Assembly: GCA_004431415.1 (NCBI GenBank)
Contig: QPMI01000400.1
Coordinates: forward strand, 186,001 to 250,000
DNA: 64,000 nt
Direction: 5' to 3'
DNA from: Cyanophora paradoxa CCMP329
Lineage: Eukaryota > Plantae > Glaucophyta
Shown: positions 1 to 12,924 of the stretch, in pieces
Layout of the letters: every line of letters begins with the position of its first letter
How positions within the stretch are numbered: position 1 is the stretch's first letter
The notes under the pieces: generated by a model
Told to the model about the DNA's origin: nothing
The model's input: only the letters and a program-made list of their open reading frames with translations
The model's database searches: none
Position numbers and translations under genes: made by a program

Positions 1-3000
1 CAAACAAGCTTTCCTTGCGAGGCTTTCGCTTACTGATCCGCATGCAGAAAGCCAAATGTGTGACCGTGCCCGTTTGTGTTTGTGTGTCCGGCGCGTTGCT
101 GACTTGCGCGCAGGCCCTTCAAGCCCGTCGTGACGTGTACGTTGGCGGGCACCTGCGTCGACCCGGTCGCAGCCATGGGCATCGTCGATCTCGTGCAGGT
201 ACTCGTGTCCGCCGCCCGATCGGTGGCAGCCCTCCGCCTCACGCGCTGTGCAGGAAGAGCAGCAGGGCTCCGGAGGCATGACGAGCAAGACGCGCTCCAT
301 CATCGTAGTCTGCTGCGTCGTCGGCGGCGCCATCACGGCCACCGCCGCTGCCTACTTTTGCACCAGCCGCGGCGTCCTGGAGCAGCGCGGTGCGCTGCCT
401 GCCCTGCCCCGCCCCGCCCGTCGCGCGCGCCTCACACTTGACTCAGACGGCCTCACCCCGCGGCGACCTCCCGGCGTATCGCTTCAGTTTCAGGCCATTT
501 CCGTCTCGGACTACGTGGAGCCCCAAACGCTCTGGACGCGCGCCTCGAACTGGGTCCGCCCCTCCGCCAGCCTCTCGTCCCCCTGCGCGAGGCGAGGGGC
601 CGGCCAGGTGTCAGGTCGCGAGCCGGCGATGCGCGAGGTGCTGGACGGCGTCTTCGGCGAGTGCCCCAAGGGCTTCCTCATGGCCATCATGGGCGACGCG
701 GGTGCGGCCCGTCCCCCGCGCGCGCCGCTGCCCCGCCCGACGGGCGAGGGGCGCAGGCGCGGAGGCGTCTCGGGCGCGGGTGCTGATGGACGTGCTGAGC
801 GGGCGGAAGAGCACGGGGCGGGTGGAGGGCCAGGTCCTCGTCGACGGCGAGCCGGCCAACGGCGAACTCCTCTCCGCCATCTCGGGGTCCGTTCCCGTCC
901 CGTCCCGCCCCGCCCCGCCCCGCCCCCGCGCGGCCGGCCTGACTCCCCGCTGCAGATACGTGACGCAGGCGCAGGAGGACCTCAACCCGCTGCTGACCGT
1001 CCGCGAGACGCTCACCTTCTCCGCCATGCTCAAGCTGCCTCGCGACATGGACAAGGGTGCGCGCCGCCGCCGCCACGCGTATGCACGCGCTGACGGGACG
1101 GCGGGGGCAGTGCTGAAGGTGAACCGGGTGGAGGACACGCTGAAGGAGCTGCAGCTGGTGTCGGTGGCGGAGAGCCGGGTGGGGCGGGGCCACGAGGACG
1201 GGGGCATCGGGGGCGCCGACCGCCGCCGCCTCTCCATCGGCAACGAGCTCGTCACGCAGCCGGCGATCCTCTTCCTCGAGGAGGCACGCCCGCCTGCCCG
1301 CCCACCCGTCGCCCGCCGCCGCGCTGGGCGACCGATGCTGAGCCGCGGGGCGCAGCCGACGGCGGGGCTGGACTCGCAGAGCGCGCACAGCGTCGTGCGG
1401 ACGCTGCAGTCGCTGTGCAAGCGGCACTCGACGACGATCCTCTTCACGATGCAGCAGCCGCGGACGAACATGCTGCGGGCGCTGGACCGGCTCCTCCTCC
1501 TCTGCCGCGGGCGCTCGATCTACAGCGGCCCGACGACGGAGCTGGCGCGGCACTTCGAGCTGCTGGGGCGCCCCCTGCCGCCGGGCCAGGAGCTCCCCGA
1601 GTACCTCCTCGACATGGTCGGCAACCTCACCAACGAGGAGCTCCGCAAGCTCGTCGCCTCCGCCATGCCCTTCCCCGTCCGCATCGACACCGCCGGGCCC
1701 GCCCCGGCCCCGGCCCCCGGCGCCCCCGCCCCCGCCGGCGCCTCCTCCCCCGCCGGTGCAGCGGTGGCGCTCCCGGCGGGGCCGGTGCCCTCGCCGGCGG
1801 CGGCGAGCCTGCGGGGGGACCGGACGCTGCTGCTGGAGCCCGAGCAGCGGCGCTCCAAGCTGACCTCCTCGGGGGTCTTCTACACCACCGACGGCTCCAT
1901 CAAGAAGCCCGCGCGCTCCCTCCCCGGTGCGCCGCCCCGCCCGCCCGCCCGACGCCGGCGGCCGGGAGCGAGCGAGCGGGCGGGGGCGGGGGCGGCAGGG
2001 GTCTTCGTGTCGTCGTGGGCGACGCAGTACAGCATGGTGCTGACGCGGGCGATGCGGGGGATGTCGCGGGACCTCCCCTTCCTCCTCTCCCAGTTCGTCG
2101 CCCTCGCCGCCGTCGGCATCCTCACCGGCCTCGCCTACTTCCGCCTCGGCGACGACATGCCCGCCATCCAGGCCCGCCCCCCCGCCCCGCCCCGCCCCGC
2201 GGGCCCCGCCCCGCGGGCCCCGCCCTGACCCGCCGCCCGCCGCAGAACCGGGCGGGGATCATGTTCTTCCTGTGCCTCCTCGTCGCCGCCAACGCCTTCT
2301 CCTTCATGCCCGCCTGTCCGCCCCGCCGCCCCGCCGCCCGGCAAAGGCGCCTGACCCGGGGGGCGGGGGCAGTCGCGCGGGAGCGGGCAACGTTCGTGCG
2401 GGAGCGGGCGTCGTGCATGTACCGCGTGAGCGCCTTCTTCCTGGCGCGCGTCACCTCGGACATCATCCCCGTCCGCGTCTTCCCCTTCCTCCTCCTCGCC
2501 ATCCCCGCCTTCTTCCTCTCCGGCCTCGTGCGCCCGCCCCGCAACTCCCCCCCCCCCCCCGGCGCTGATCGCGGTACCCCCGGACGCGGGCGCAGTCGAT
2601 CAGCGTGGGGCGGGCGTGGACGTTCATGGGGACGCTCGTGCTGCTCTCCATCTGCCTCTCGAGCCTCTGCTTCGCCGTCTCGTGCTTCTTCGCGAGCGCG
2701 GGGGCCGCCTCCACCGTCGCCTCCTCCCTCCTCCTCGCCTCCACGCTCCTCTCGGGCTTCCTCCTGCAGCGCGGCACCGCCCCGCCCGTGCTCGCCTGGC
2801 TCCAGCACGCGAGCCCCCTCCTCCACGCCTTCGAGGCGCTCCTCGCCTCGGAGCTCTCCGCCATCCCCTTCCTCGTCCCCACGCAGGCGGCCGCCACGGT
2901 GGGGGCGCAGGGCGCCGGGGCCCCGACCTTCTTCCCCGAGGAGCTCTCGATGCCGCGGACCTTCGTGGACGGGGCGACGCTGATGGGGCAGTACGGGGTG

Positions 3001-3108
3001 GACGCGGCGAGCCTCTCCTCGAACCTCGCCGCCCTCGGCGCCATGTCCGCCGCCTACCTCCTCCTCTCCTACCTCTTCCTCCTCTTCCGCTGCAAGGAGG
3101 TCCGCTAG
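1..3108 (+). CDS. ABCG (White/ADP1-like) half-transporter, multi-exon, 5' end probably upstream of window; NBD motifs degenerate
   Basis: Spliced translation gives an N-terminal Cys-rich piece and a TM segment (IIVVCCVVGGAITATAAAYF). NBD: LDGVFGECPKGFLMAIMG...LMDVLSGRKSTGRVEG, YVTQ..DLNPLLTVRETLTFSAMLKLP, RRRLSIGNELVTQPAILFLEEPTAGLDS. ABC2 TM domain: IQNRAGIMFF, ERATFVRERASCMYRVSAFFLA. Stop TAG at 3106-3108. Confidence 0.9.
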
Positions 3109-3414
3109 CCAGCCCCGCCCCCGGCCCCGCCCTCCGCCAGCCGGCCCCCGGCGGCCAGCCGAGCCCCTACGTGGGAGCCAGCTGCAGAGGGCAGTCAGGT
3201 AGAGATGTAGGCCTGGGTGCATGATCAGTGAATCCATAACCGGCACCGGCCCCAGCGGTACTGCAGGTACTTGATTCATGATTCGGCGGGTGTCACTAAT
3301 TGCGGTTCACGGGTGCGAGACTGCAATAAACTGAGAAGAACTAGACGGGGCCTGTACACACACATAGGCGGGAGAGCGCTGCGGAGATGCCAACAAACGC
3401 AAATTGAAACTGCA

Positions 3415-6328
3415 TCAGAGCGGGGGCGGCAGAGTGGTGGGGGTGGAGGGGACGGAAAAGTCCCCCACGGCCGCGGGGGCGGCGGCGGGGCTGGGGAGGG
3501 GCAGGAAGGAGGCCTCGGCGGGGGGCGGCGGCTCGCCGAGGGGCGCCGCCTCCGCCCCGCCCGGGGGCTCGACGGGCGGCAGTGCGAGCTGCGGCGTGGA
3601 GGGGGCCTCGCGGGCGGGGCCGGGGGCCGGGGAGGGGAGGGCCGGGGCGGGGCCCGGGAGGGGAGGGGCACGGGGCTCCCCAGGAGGAAGTCCCCCGCCT
3701 CGGTCCAGACGGTGAGGGTCGGGGCGGCCCCGGGCGAGGCCCCCGCGCCCGCGGCCCCGCCGCCCGCAGCGCCGCCACCACGGGCGACGCCTGCGCGCCG
3801 GGCCCCGCCCGCGGCGGCGGCGGCGGCGGCGCGGGGGCCTCCGGCGGCGCAAAGTAGAAGAAGGAGAAGGGTCTGCGCGGTGGGGGCGTCGGGCGCGGCA
3901 CGCTCGAGGGGGGCGGGGCGGGGGCACCGAGGGGGCGGAGGGGTCGCCGAGGGGCGCGTCGAAGGCGTCGGCGAAGAGGAGCTCGTCCTCGAAGAGGCCG
4001 GCCAGCGCCGCCGACGCCGACTCCTGCCGCCCCAGCCGCCCCGGCGACGCCAGCGGCGAGGGGCCCCCGGCGAGGCGCGCGCCCCGAAGAGCGTCCGCGG
4101 GGACACGACCGGCGACCCGAAGCTGAAGCCGGCGGGGAGGCTCAGCCGCGGCGGCCCCGGCGGCGGGCCCGCGGGGGCGAGGCCGCCGTGGCCGGCGGCC
4201 GGGCGCCCGGGGTGCCCGGCTCGGGCCAGAGGGGGCGGGGCGGCGGGCGCCGAGGGCGTGGTGGATCGGGTGCAGGGCCTGGAAGCCGGGGCCCCGCGGG
4301 GAGCTGCAGGCCGACGTCAGGCGCGAGGAGGCCGCCGAGGGGGTCTCCGAGCACGCCACGCTCCCCGCCCCGCCCGCCCCGCCGGCCGGAAAGAGGCGCG
4401 CAAACGGGTGGCCCGAGCCGGGGCGCGCGTGGGCGCGGGAGAGGGTGGCGGCGATGGCGGCGTCGGAGAGGAGCGGGTAGGGCGAGGGCGGCGTCGAGCG
4501 CCACGCCTCCGCGTGCCCGGGGCTCGAGCTCCCCACGGCCGCCCCGAAGCCCCCCGGCGGCGTCCCGTGGCCCCGGTGCCGCTTCGCCCTCGGCGTCCCC
4601 GGGGCCGACGGCGCGCCGGCCTCCGGGGCGCCCCAGTCGCCCGCCTCCCGCTCGAAGTGGGGCGGGAGGGTGTGCAGGGGCCGCATGGCGCGCGGCAGGG
4701 CGGCGCCCCGCGGGCCGCAGGGCGTCGCCCCGGGGGCCACGCCTGCCGCGCCCCGCCGTGCCCCGAATGCCCCCCCTCGCCGAACCCGTGGTCGGCGCCG
4801 ACGCCGGGGCCCGGGGCCGGCAAGCGGGGGAAAATGGCGAAGGAGACGGCGGCGGGGGCGGAGGAGGGCCGGGGGCGCGCCGGCGGCGAGGGCGGGGCCT
4901 CGGCGAGGAACGCCGGCAGGCCGTGCGGGCCCGACGCCGGGGGCGCCTCGGCGGCCGACGCCGAGACCGGCCGCCGCGCCCGCACCTTCCGCCGCGCCGC
5001 GACCTCCCGCTGCACCCGCGCGGCCTCCTCGTCCCCCTCCCCCTCGCCCCGCGCCTGCCGCCCAGCCCGCCTCGTCGGGGCGGGAACGGGAGGAGCGTCG
5101 CAGAGGGAGGAGCGGCACCTCGCCCTTGATGGCGGGGTACAGGCCGGGCTCGGCCGGTGCGCCGTCGCCGCCAGCGTCGCCGAGGCCTTCGGGGACGGGC
5201 ATCGAGTGGAAGGTCTGGCGGGGCGGGCGGCGCGTGGGTGGGGGACGATCGGCTGGAGGGAGGCGCCAAGAGCAGGGCCACCTCGCGCAGCGACGCGAAG
5301 ATGTTCTCGTCGATGTTGTACTTCTGCGAGCCCTGGATGCGGCAGCTGCCGGCCCGCCCCCGCCGGTCAGAGCGGGCGGGCGGGCCGCGCCGGCGGGCGG
5401 CGCCCCGGGGGCGCGGCGCACAACATGGGCATGAGCTGCCGTCCCGCGATCTTTCTCTTGACGCGGTTCCTGCGGAGCCGTCAGGGCGCTGGGTCCGGTC
5501 AGGCCGCGGGTGGCCGCACCGCACGACATCGGTCCCGATGTGCGAGAAGCGCGCCCGGACCATGTCTCCCATCAGAAGGATCGGCTTGTCGACCGGCTCG
5601 CCCGTCCGCAGCGATTCGGACGCGAGCTCTGCGCGGGGCGTCGGGGGAGCGGCGGAGGGGCGGACGCCGGGGCCGACGCGCGGGCGGTCACCGAGGGCGC
5701 TGCGGAACAGCAGGTACTCGGCGTCCTCCGTCCACTGCGGAGACGTCGAAGCGTCAGCGCACGGTTATCGGCGGCGACGGACGGCGGCCGGCGGGAGGGC
5801 AGGAGTGTTGGAGGCGCGCGTCCCGAGGGCACGACGTCCGCATGCGACGTACGCATACGGAGGAGGTGGGGGAAAGATGTTATTGCCTATGCGGCGTGGT
5901 ACGAGGGCGCAGGCGGCGCTGCGTGGCCACGGAGGGTTTGACCGCGGGCCGAGCGCGCGCGCACCTTGATTCTCAGCTTGGGGCCGTCATCGTGTTGTTC
6001 GGCGTCGGGATCCTCGGCGCAATTCTCACACGCAGCTGCGCGAGCCGAGATCAGCGGTTGACCGGTCGGGCGCGATGCGCAGCGGGCAGGAGCTCTAGAG
6101 CGCTCGCATAGACGCCTTTGCATCTGTCTTTGGCTTCTGCGGGCAGCCGGACGGGCGACGACATTCGGACGAGGCGCCGTTAAGCACGCCGGAGTGGTTC
6201 GCACCGGCGCCGCGCGGCAACGGAGCGCCGCAGGAGCAGCGTTTGCCGCTACGCTTCTTGCTGCCCAAAAGGCGAGCGCGCTGCCTACTGACGTCCTCGC
6301 CTTCGGACCAGCTGTCTGACCCCTCCAT
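3415..6328 (-). CDS. Hypothetical protein; possible Myb/SANT-like segment followed by a long Pro/Ala/Ser low-complexity tail
   Basis: ATG at 6328 (MEGSDSWSEGED...LGSKKRSGKR, NLS-like). Exons bounded by GT..CAG give WTEDAEYLLFR, ELASESLRTGEPVDKPILLMGDMVRARF and IQGSQKYNIDENIFASLRE. The long last exon ends at 3415. The domain call is weak. Confidence 0.5.
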
Positions 6329-6718
6329 CTCCTACACGCCCGCGCTCCTGAGAGCGCTGCGTCCGCCAATGTCCCTTTCTCTCTTCGCTGCAGTCGTGCT
6401 GAAGGCTGGGGTCGGGCGCGGCCGACGGTGGCGAAGCACACGTATGCGCCGATCGCCGCGCGCGGACCAGAGTTCGGGTTTGACAGGACGGCCATCTTGT
6501 TGAGCTGTCGCGGAGTACCCCCCTGGGGGGAGCAGCCGCCGCAGCAGTTCACCCTTCGCCTGTATGCAATTCAGGCGCTTCCCAGCTGAAGGGTCCGCAT
6601 GCGTACGCCAGCCAGCGCAGGTGCCAGCACGCGCGCCGCAGACTGCGGTCACGTACGCTGCACTTCAAGACCCTAGAATCGGTCGCGCTTGACTGCTAGC
6701 GCTTGGCTACGGCTATGG

Positions 6719-8233
6719 CTACGGCGCAGGGGACTCAAGGAGGCGGACGTTGAAGCGGGCGGACGGGGGGAGGGCAGAGGACAGGACGGCCTGCGCGGCG
6801 GCGGCGAGCGCCTCCCCCGCCGCCTGCACGTCGAGGCAGAGCAGCGGGCCCGGGCCGGCGAGCCCCCCCGCCGCCCCAGCAGCAGCCGCCGCCGCGGCGA
6901 GCTGGAGGAGGGCGTCCAGGTCGCCCTCGCGCCGGACCGCGCAGGCGACGGCCGCCAGGCGGAGGGCGGGGCACGCCGCCAGCGCGCGGGCCGTGGCGGG
7001 GGAGGGCGGCCCGGGGGCGCGTCGCGGTCGCGGTCGAGGAGGAACTGCTGGCGGGGCCGCGGGGCGCGGCAGAAGGGCCGCGCCGCGACCCACTCGGCGA
7101 GGGCGGGGCCCGCCGCCGCGATCAGCTCCTCGCCCTCCCCGGCCTCCAGCGGCCCTGCCGCGGGGCGGCGGAGGTCAGCAGGGGCGGCCCGCGCGCTCGC
7201 GCGGGGCGCGGGGCGCACCGAGGCACTCGAGGGAGAGGGCGGCGAGGGCGGGGAGGCGGCGGAGGGCGGAGGCGAGGGCGCGGGCGAGGCGGGGCCCGCC
7301 GGGGCGCAGCTCGAGGCGGAGGGCGGCGGCGCGGAGGGCGGCGAGGGCGCCCAGGGCGGCCACGTCCTCCTCCCCCGGGTCCGGCCCCGGGCCCAGCTGC
7401 CGGCGGCTGATCAAGGCTCCGAAGGGGCGGGAGGGGCGGGACGGGGCGGGGCGGGGCGGGCGCGCACGACGAGGAGGGAGTCGATGCGCTCGAGGGCGGG
7501 GAGGCGGGCGAGGGCGCGCAGGGCGGGCCCCGCGGGGGCCGCCGCCGCGCCGAGGCGGAGGGCGCGCAGGGCGGGGCCGGCGGGCCCGGCTGCGAGGGCG
7601 GCGAGCTCGGGCCCGGGGAGGCGCGGGAGCTCCTCGCGGCACCCCGCCCGCAGCTCCTCCAGCGGCAGCCGCCCCAGCGGCCCCAGCGCCCCCGGCAGCT
7701 CCAGGCACGCCCGCAGCCGCCGCAGGCCGGGGCAGGCGGCGGCGAGGGCGGCGGTGGCGGGGCCGTCGAGCTCGGCGTCCCAGGGGAGGGTCAGCTCGCG
7801 CAGGCCGGCGAGGGGCGCCAGCAGGCGGGCCAGCGCCGGGGCGCGGAGGGGGCAGAGGGCCCCGGGCCGGCGAGGGCGAGGGCGGCGGGCGGGGCCCGGG
7901 GCAGCGGGCGAGGGCCTCCAGCGCCCCCTCCAGCGTCGACTCGCCCCAGCGGCCCGCGCAACCCCCCTCGGGCGGGGTCAGGGCGAGCCGCACGGCGGCC
8001 CCCTCTGCGAGGGCCCCCGCGCCGCCGGCGGCGAGCAGGCGGGCGGCGGCGAGGAGCTGCTCGGGGCGGGGCCGCTGGGCGGAGAGGCGGGCCCAGGCCA
8101 TGCGGCGGAGGGCGGCCCGGAGGCGGCGGGAGGCGCGTGCGAGGCGGCAGGCGTCGGGGAAGTCGAGCCGGGCGAGCACCGCGTGCAGCAGCGCCTCCGG
8201 CAGCGCCTCCAGCGCCGACGCGCCTCCCTCCAT
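6719..8233 (-). CDS. F-box plus degenerate LRR (RNI-like) protein
   Basis: MEGGASALEALPEALLHAVLARLDFPDACRLARASRRLR is a typical F-box. Downstream are LxxLxL repeats (LAGLRELTLPW, LPALAALSLECL). The frame is interrupted by introns and possible indels; the 3' end is approximate. Confidence 0.65.
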
Positions 8234-9381
8234 CCCGCTTGCGCCGCCTGCAGCTGGAGGATCAGGTTCCACGCACGGACGCGAGGTTCGCGCCGGCAAG
8301 ATCGCTCACTTGCCTCGGTGCTGTTCGCAATGCGGCACGCCGTGCGCGGGGGCTGCGTTCCCGTGTCAGCCGGCCAACGTTAACGGGCCAGCGTATACGT
8401 ACGCGACGAATTCGAGTGATGCGTGCCCTCAGCCAGCGTCCATCCTCAATGCAAGCCCTTCCATAATCTATGCACCGACTTGTCGAGCCGCGCGGCCCGC
8501 CGCTGCGAAGCTGTGCTCGTCGGCGTCCAGAGCAGCGCACGCCCAATGCACAGTTGGGGGCCGCTCAAGGCGCGCTATACGGCTTCTGCACGACTCAGCT
8601 GACGAAGCTCGAGGTCGCTCGCCGGTGGTGCTACAGGTGGGACGTTGGATCGGCAGATCGCATTGCTTGAGCGAGCGCCGGGCGCCTCAGCTGGGCACCA
8701 CGGCAGGTGCATTGCAGCACCAAGGCGCTCTTTTAGCAAGCAATGCTGCTGAGGGCCTCCGACGTCCGGCTTAGCTCAGTTGAAGTACCCTCCCCGGCCC
8801 AAATTTCCTGTACCCTCCCTCAATTTGAATACCCTCCTTCAGGTTTGGTACCCCCCACTAGTACCGTATACGTAGTACTCCCTCTCCTCCGGATCCCTCG
8901 AGCTCCCGGCTATGGCCAGCTGCGCATGCATGCATGCGCAGTACCCCCGCTCGATGACCCGCGCGCTCAGACCGTCGGACCCAGGCCCTGAGGCGCCGGC
9001 CTAGCTATAGGCCTAGCCTAGTAGGCTCGAGCCCTATACCCCCAGCTCAATTGCAAGGCCTAGGGACAAGGCTCAAGCCTAGGCCTTCCCTCCCCATCCC
9101 CTCCCAGCTGCAGTACCTCCCTAAGCACCGTACCCCCGCTTCTAGGTTAGCGCTCGTGACCCACTCAGACCGGTACCCAGCTGCTTCAAATATTCAAAAA
9201 CGGACGAGGCTCAGGCCTTCGAATTCATGATCAGAAACAAATTACACTCCGTTCGAGACTGCCCCTCGGGGCCTTCCAGGCCTGCATCGGGCGGCGGCTA
9301 CCGGGCCGGCCGGCCGGCCACGCCCCGGGCCCCCCGGCCCACCGGCCGGTGGCGGGCCGGGGGCGCGTGCGCGTGGCGGCG

Positions 9382-12300
9382 CTAGTAGATCTCGGCGGCG
9401 ATGAGGGTGACGAGGGCGGACCAGCCGGTGAAGGGGTGCGACTTGAGGCCCTCGCCGGTGGTGCCCGAGTACTGCTCCCAGACGTAGCCCGTGCGGGCGT
9501 ACTCGCGGGCGACGTTCTCGAGGAGGTTGGAGCGGAGGTGGGCGTAGAGGGAGGCGGCGCGCTCGCGGTGGGGCCCCGGGGCGGGGGCGTAGAAGAGCTT
9601 GAGGGCGCGGAGGGCGAGGTAGTTGACGTTCATCCAGATGGGCCCGCGCCAGTAGTTCTCGCCCTTGGCGAAGAGGGGGTCGGAGAGGGCGAGGGAGCGG
9701 AGGCCGTAGGGGGACCAGAGGCGCTGCGGGTCCTGCAGCAGGTCCAGCGTCGCCCCCAGCCGCGGCGACTCCGGCCCCACCGCCCCGAACAGCACCGGGA
9801 ACTGCCCCGGCCCCGCCCCTCCCGTGAGCCCAGCGCGGGCCGCGGCGGGCGGGCGGGCGCGCCAGGTTGACGTAGCCCATGTTCTCGACGTAGGGCGTCG
9901 TGGGCGGCTGCGGGAGGTTCTGCCCGCCCCGGCGTGAGCAAGGGGGGGGGCGGGGCGCGGGGGCCGGGGCGCGGGGCGCCTTGAGGCGCTCGAGGTGGCC
10001 CGGGGCGGTGGGGTCGAGCTCCCGGATGCGCGCCGCGAAGATCTCGTTGAGCATGCGCAGGTCTACCCCCCGTGAGGAGGCGCGGGGCGAGGGGGGCCGG
10101 GGCGCCGGCGCACGCTCGGGGGAGGCGATGTAGTCGCTGTAGAGGCCGAGCTTCATGTTCCAGTGCCCCTCTGGCGCCCCGGCGTGGGCCCCCGGCCCGG
10201 GGCGGGGGGCGGGTGGGGGCGGGGACCGTCGAGGGCGTCGAGGGCGGTGCGGGAGAGGTTGAGGAGGCGGGCCCCCTCCTCCGCGGGGCGCCCGAGGACC
10301 GTCGCGGCGCGCGCGAGCGTCTCCCCGGCCGCCGCCACCCAGCAGAGCAGGTCCACGTGCCGCTCCGTCGGCAGCGGGATCGGCGCCCGCGGGTAGTCGT
10401 CCAGCCCTGCCCCGCCCCGTCACGCCGCACCGCGCGGGCCGGGGCGGGGCGGCGGGGCGGGGGCACCGGAGGCGAGGGTGTGCATGCCGTCGGGGGAGCG
10501 GCCGCGCCAGCGGAAGGTGCCGTTGAGGGGCCCGGCCTGCGACTCGGCGAGCCAGTCGAGGTGCTTGCGCAGCGGGCCGTACGCCTCCTCCAGGAAGTCC
10601 ACCAGCGCCCCGTCCGCCTCCAGCCCGCCACCCCCGCCCGCCGGGACGTCCGGGGCGCGGGCGCCGGGGCGGAGGAGGTAGAGGGGGGCGGGGCGGCGGA
10701 GGGCGGGGGGCCCGGCGGCGCGCAGGAGGGCGTCGAGGGCGAGGATGTAGCTCGGCGGGTTCGCGTGCTCCTTCACCTGCGCCCGGAACTCCGGTGGCAC
10801 CTGCGCCGCGTGAGCCCGGGGCCTCGGCAAGCTAAACAGGGGCGGGGGGCGGGCCTTGGAGCGGGCCTCCTCGCCGAGGATCTGCTCGCGGGCGATCCAG
10901 CCGTCGGGGTCCTGCAGCGCGAGCCAGCCGGCGAGGACCTCGTAGGTCAGGAGCCGGTCGAAGGGGGCGACGAGGAGCTGGTGGAAGCCCTCGTCCCAGA
11001 GGAAGCCCCGGGGGAAGAAGGGCCGCGACGGCACCGCCGTCACCAGCGTCGCCGCCGGCCGCTCGCCCTCCTCCCCCTGCACCAGCCAGCGCCCGTGGAA
11101 GTAGCCGACCCCGCCGAGCAGGTTCGCGAAGGCGTGCCGCGTCACGGCCGCGACGCGCGCGCTGAGGCCCTTGGCGGCCAGCCCGAACGCCCCCTCGAAG
11201 CGCCCCTCGAACCGCTCCTCGCCAGCCTCCAGCAGCCCAGTCAGCGCCTCCCTGCGCCCCGTCAGCCCCCGGAGCAGCGCGCCGCGCGGGGCGGGGCGGG
11301 GCGGGGCGGGGCGAGGGGGAGGGGGCGGACCCTGTGAGGGCGGCGGCGCGGGCGCGGATGTCGGCGGGGGAGGGGCGGCCGGCGCGGGAGAGAAAGGCGA
11401 GGTCGAGGGTGGCGGGGGCGGCGACGAGGACCTGGAAGGCCCACACCGTCGCGTTCCCCTCGTGCGCGTTCGGCAGCGCGGGGGGGACCGCCGCCTGCGC
11501 CCCCTCCCGCCGCCGCGAGGGCGCCGAGGAGGGCCCGCCGGCGAGGAGGTGCCGCAGGCGCGCCTGCTCGCCGTGCATGGCCACCTTCAGGCGCTCCTCC
11601 GCCCGCCACGCCTCCGCCGGCTCCATGCGGAGCCCCGCGTAGTGCACCCGCCCCGCGTCCGGCGCGTGCTTGAACTTGCGCAGCGCCCGCGGCAGCTCCA
11701 TCCCCCGCTCCGCCCGCTCCGCGTCTGCCGCCCCCGCCGCCCGCTCAGAGGCGGAGCCCAGCGGGGGCGGCGGGGCGGGCACCGTGGGGCACGACGAGGG
11801 AGAAGTCGCCCACGTCGGGGCTCCACCCGTCCAGCCGCGCCCCGCCTTCCAGGCCCTTCGGCGGCACGCGGGGCTCCCCGTGCAGGCCCGCCCACGCCCC
11901 GGGCGACTGCAGCGCCAGGTAGAAGACGAGCGCCACCGCCCGCCCCGCCCCCTCCCCCTCCCCCTCCTCCTCGCCGCCCCGGCCCCGCCCCTTCTTCTTC
12001 TCGTCGTCGCGCCGCGGCTCCACGCGGATCCGCACGCCCACGTCCCCGCCCGCCGCGTCCCCCTCCGCCGAGCCTGCCCCCCGCCGTCAGCGGCGCGGCG
12101 GGCGGGGCGCGGGGCGCGGGGCGCGCCGGAGGAGGCCTTGACGAAGGAGGCGGTGACGACGACGCCGTTGGCCGCGTCGTCGGCGACGTGCCGCCCGTAC
12201 GTCGCCCCGTCGTGCGCCTGCCAGCCGTAGCTCTCCAGCCCGCTCTCCCGCCCGTGCTCGCACCGGTGCCGCACCCCTGCGCCCCGCTCGCGTCGGGCCC

Positions 12301-12663
12301 CCAACCCGCGGCGGCAGGGCGGGGCAGGGCAGCGCACGCTCGAGGGCGTCGGGCCGGTTCGGGTCGAACCACATGAGGCCCGCGAGGAGGGACTCCGGGT
12401 GGCGCGTGCGCAGCCCGAAGTAGAGGTTCGGGCGGTAGCTCCCCCACAGCAGCGACGCGTTCCGCTCCGCCGTCTTGTACGCCGGCACACCCTTCGCCCG
12501 CATGCTCTCGGGGCCCGTCGCCGACGCGGCCGCTGCGCGGCGCGCCCCGATCAGCGCCCGATGCGATGAAGCGGGAGGGCAGCGAGCGATGCGTACCGAC
12601 GAGCGCGAGCACGACGAGTAGCGCCGCGCACGCCGCGCCGGGTCGCCGGCCCGCAGCGGTCAT
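9382..12663 (-). CDS. GCS1: Mannosyl-oligosaccharide glucosidase I (GH63, GCS1/MOGS)
   Basis: N-terminal signal anchor, then [86 protein letters not shown] and HPFTGWSALV. Confidence 0.96.
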
Positions 12664-12924
12664 CGTTAAGCCGATTCGCCGCCGACCCTCAGTACAGATC
12701 TATCCGGGCTCGAGGACCCGCCCGTAGCCGCGCGAGGTCGCTAATTTCGCGGCCGACCGCCGGGAGGATCACGAAACGCGCGTTCGACTCCGAGTGGGAC
12801 CCTCTTCAAAGGTTCGCGGCCAGCTGCTGCGCCTGCCCGGCCTCTGCCAGCCTCGCCGCTAGGTTACTTCGGATCACCTAGAGCGTAGAAGCAGCCGCCT
12901 GAATCTGCTATCGACCCCGCTGCC

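Noticed and set aside
3271-8774. Very long Arg/Gly/Pro/Ala-rich ORFs (e.g. 3271-6111, 6750-8774, 40393-42585)
   Set aside because: They are antisense or off-frame to real spliced genes. Stop codons are rare at this GC content and no domains are recognisable.
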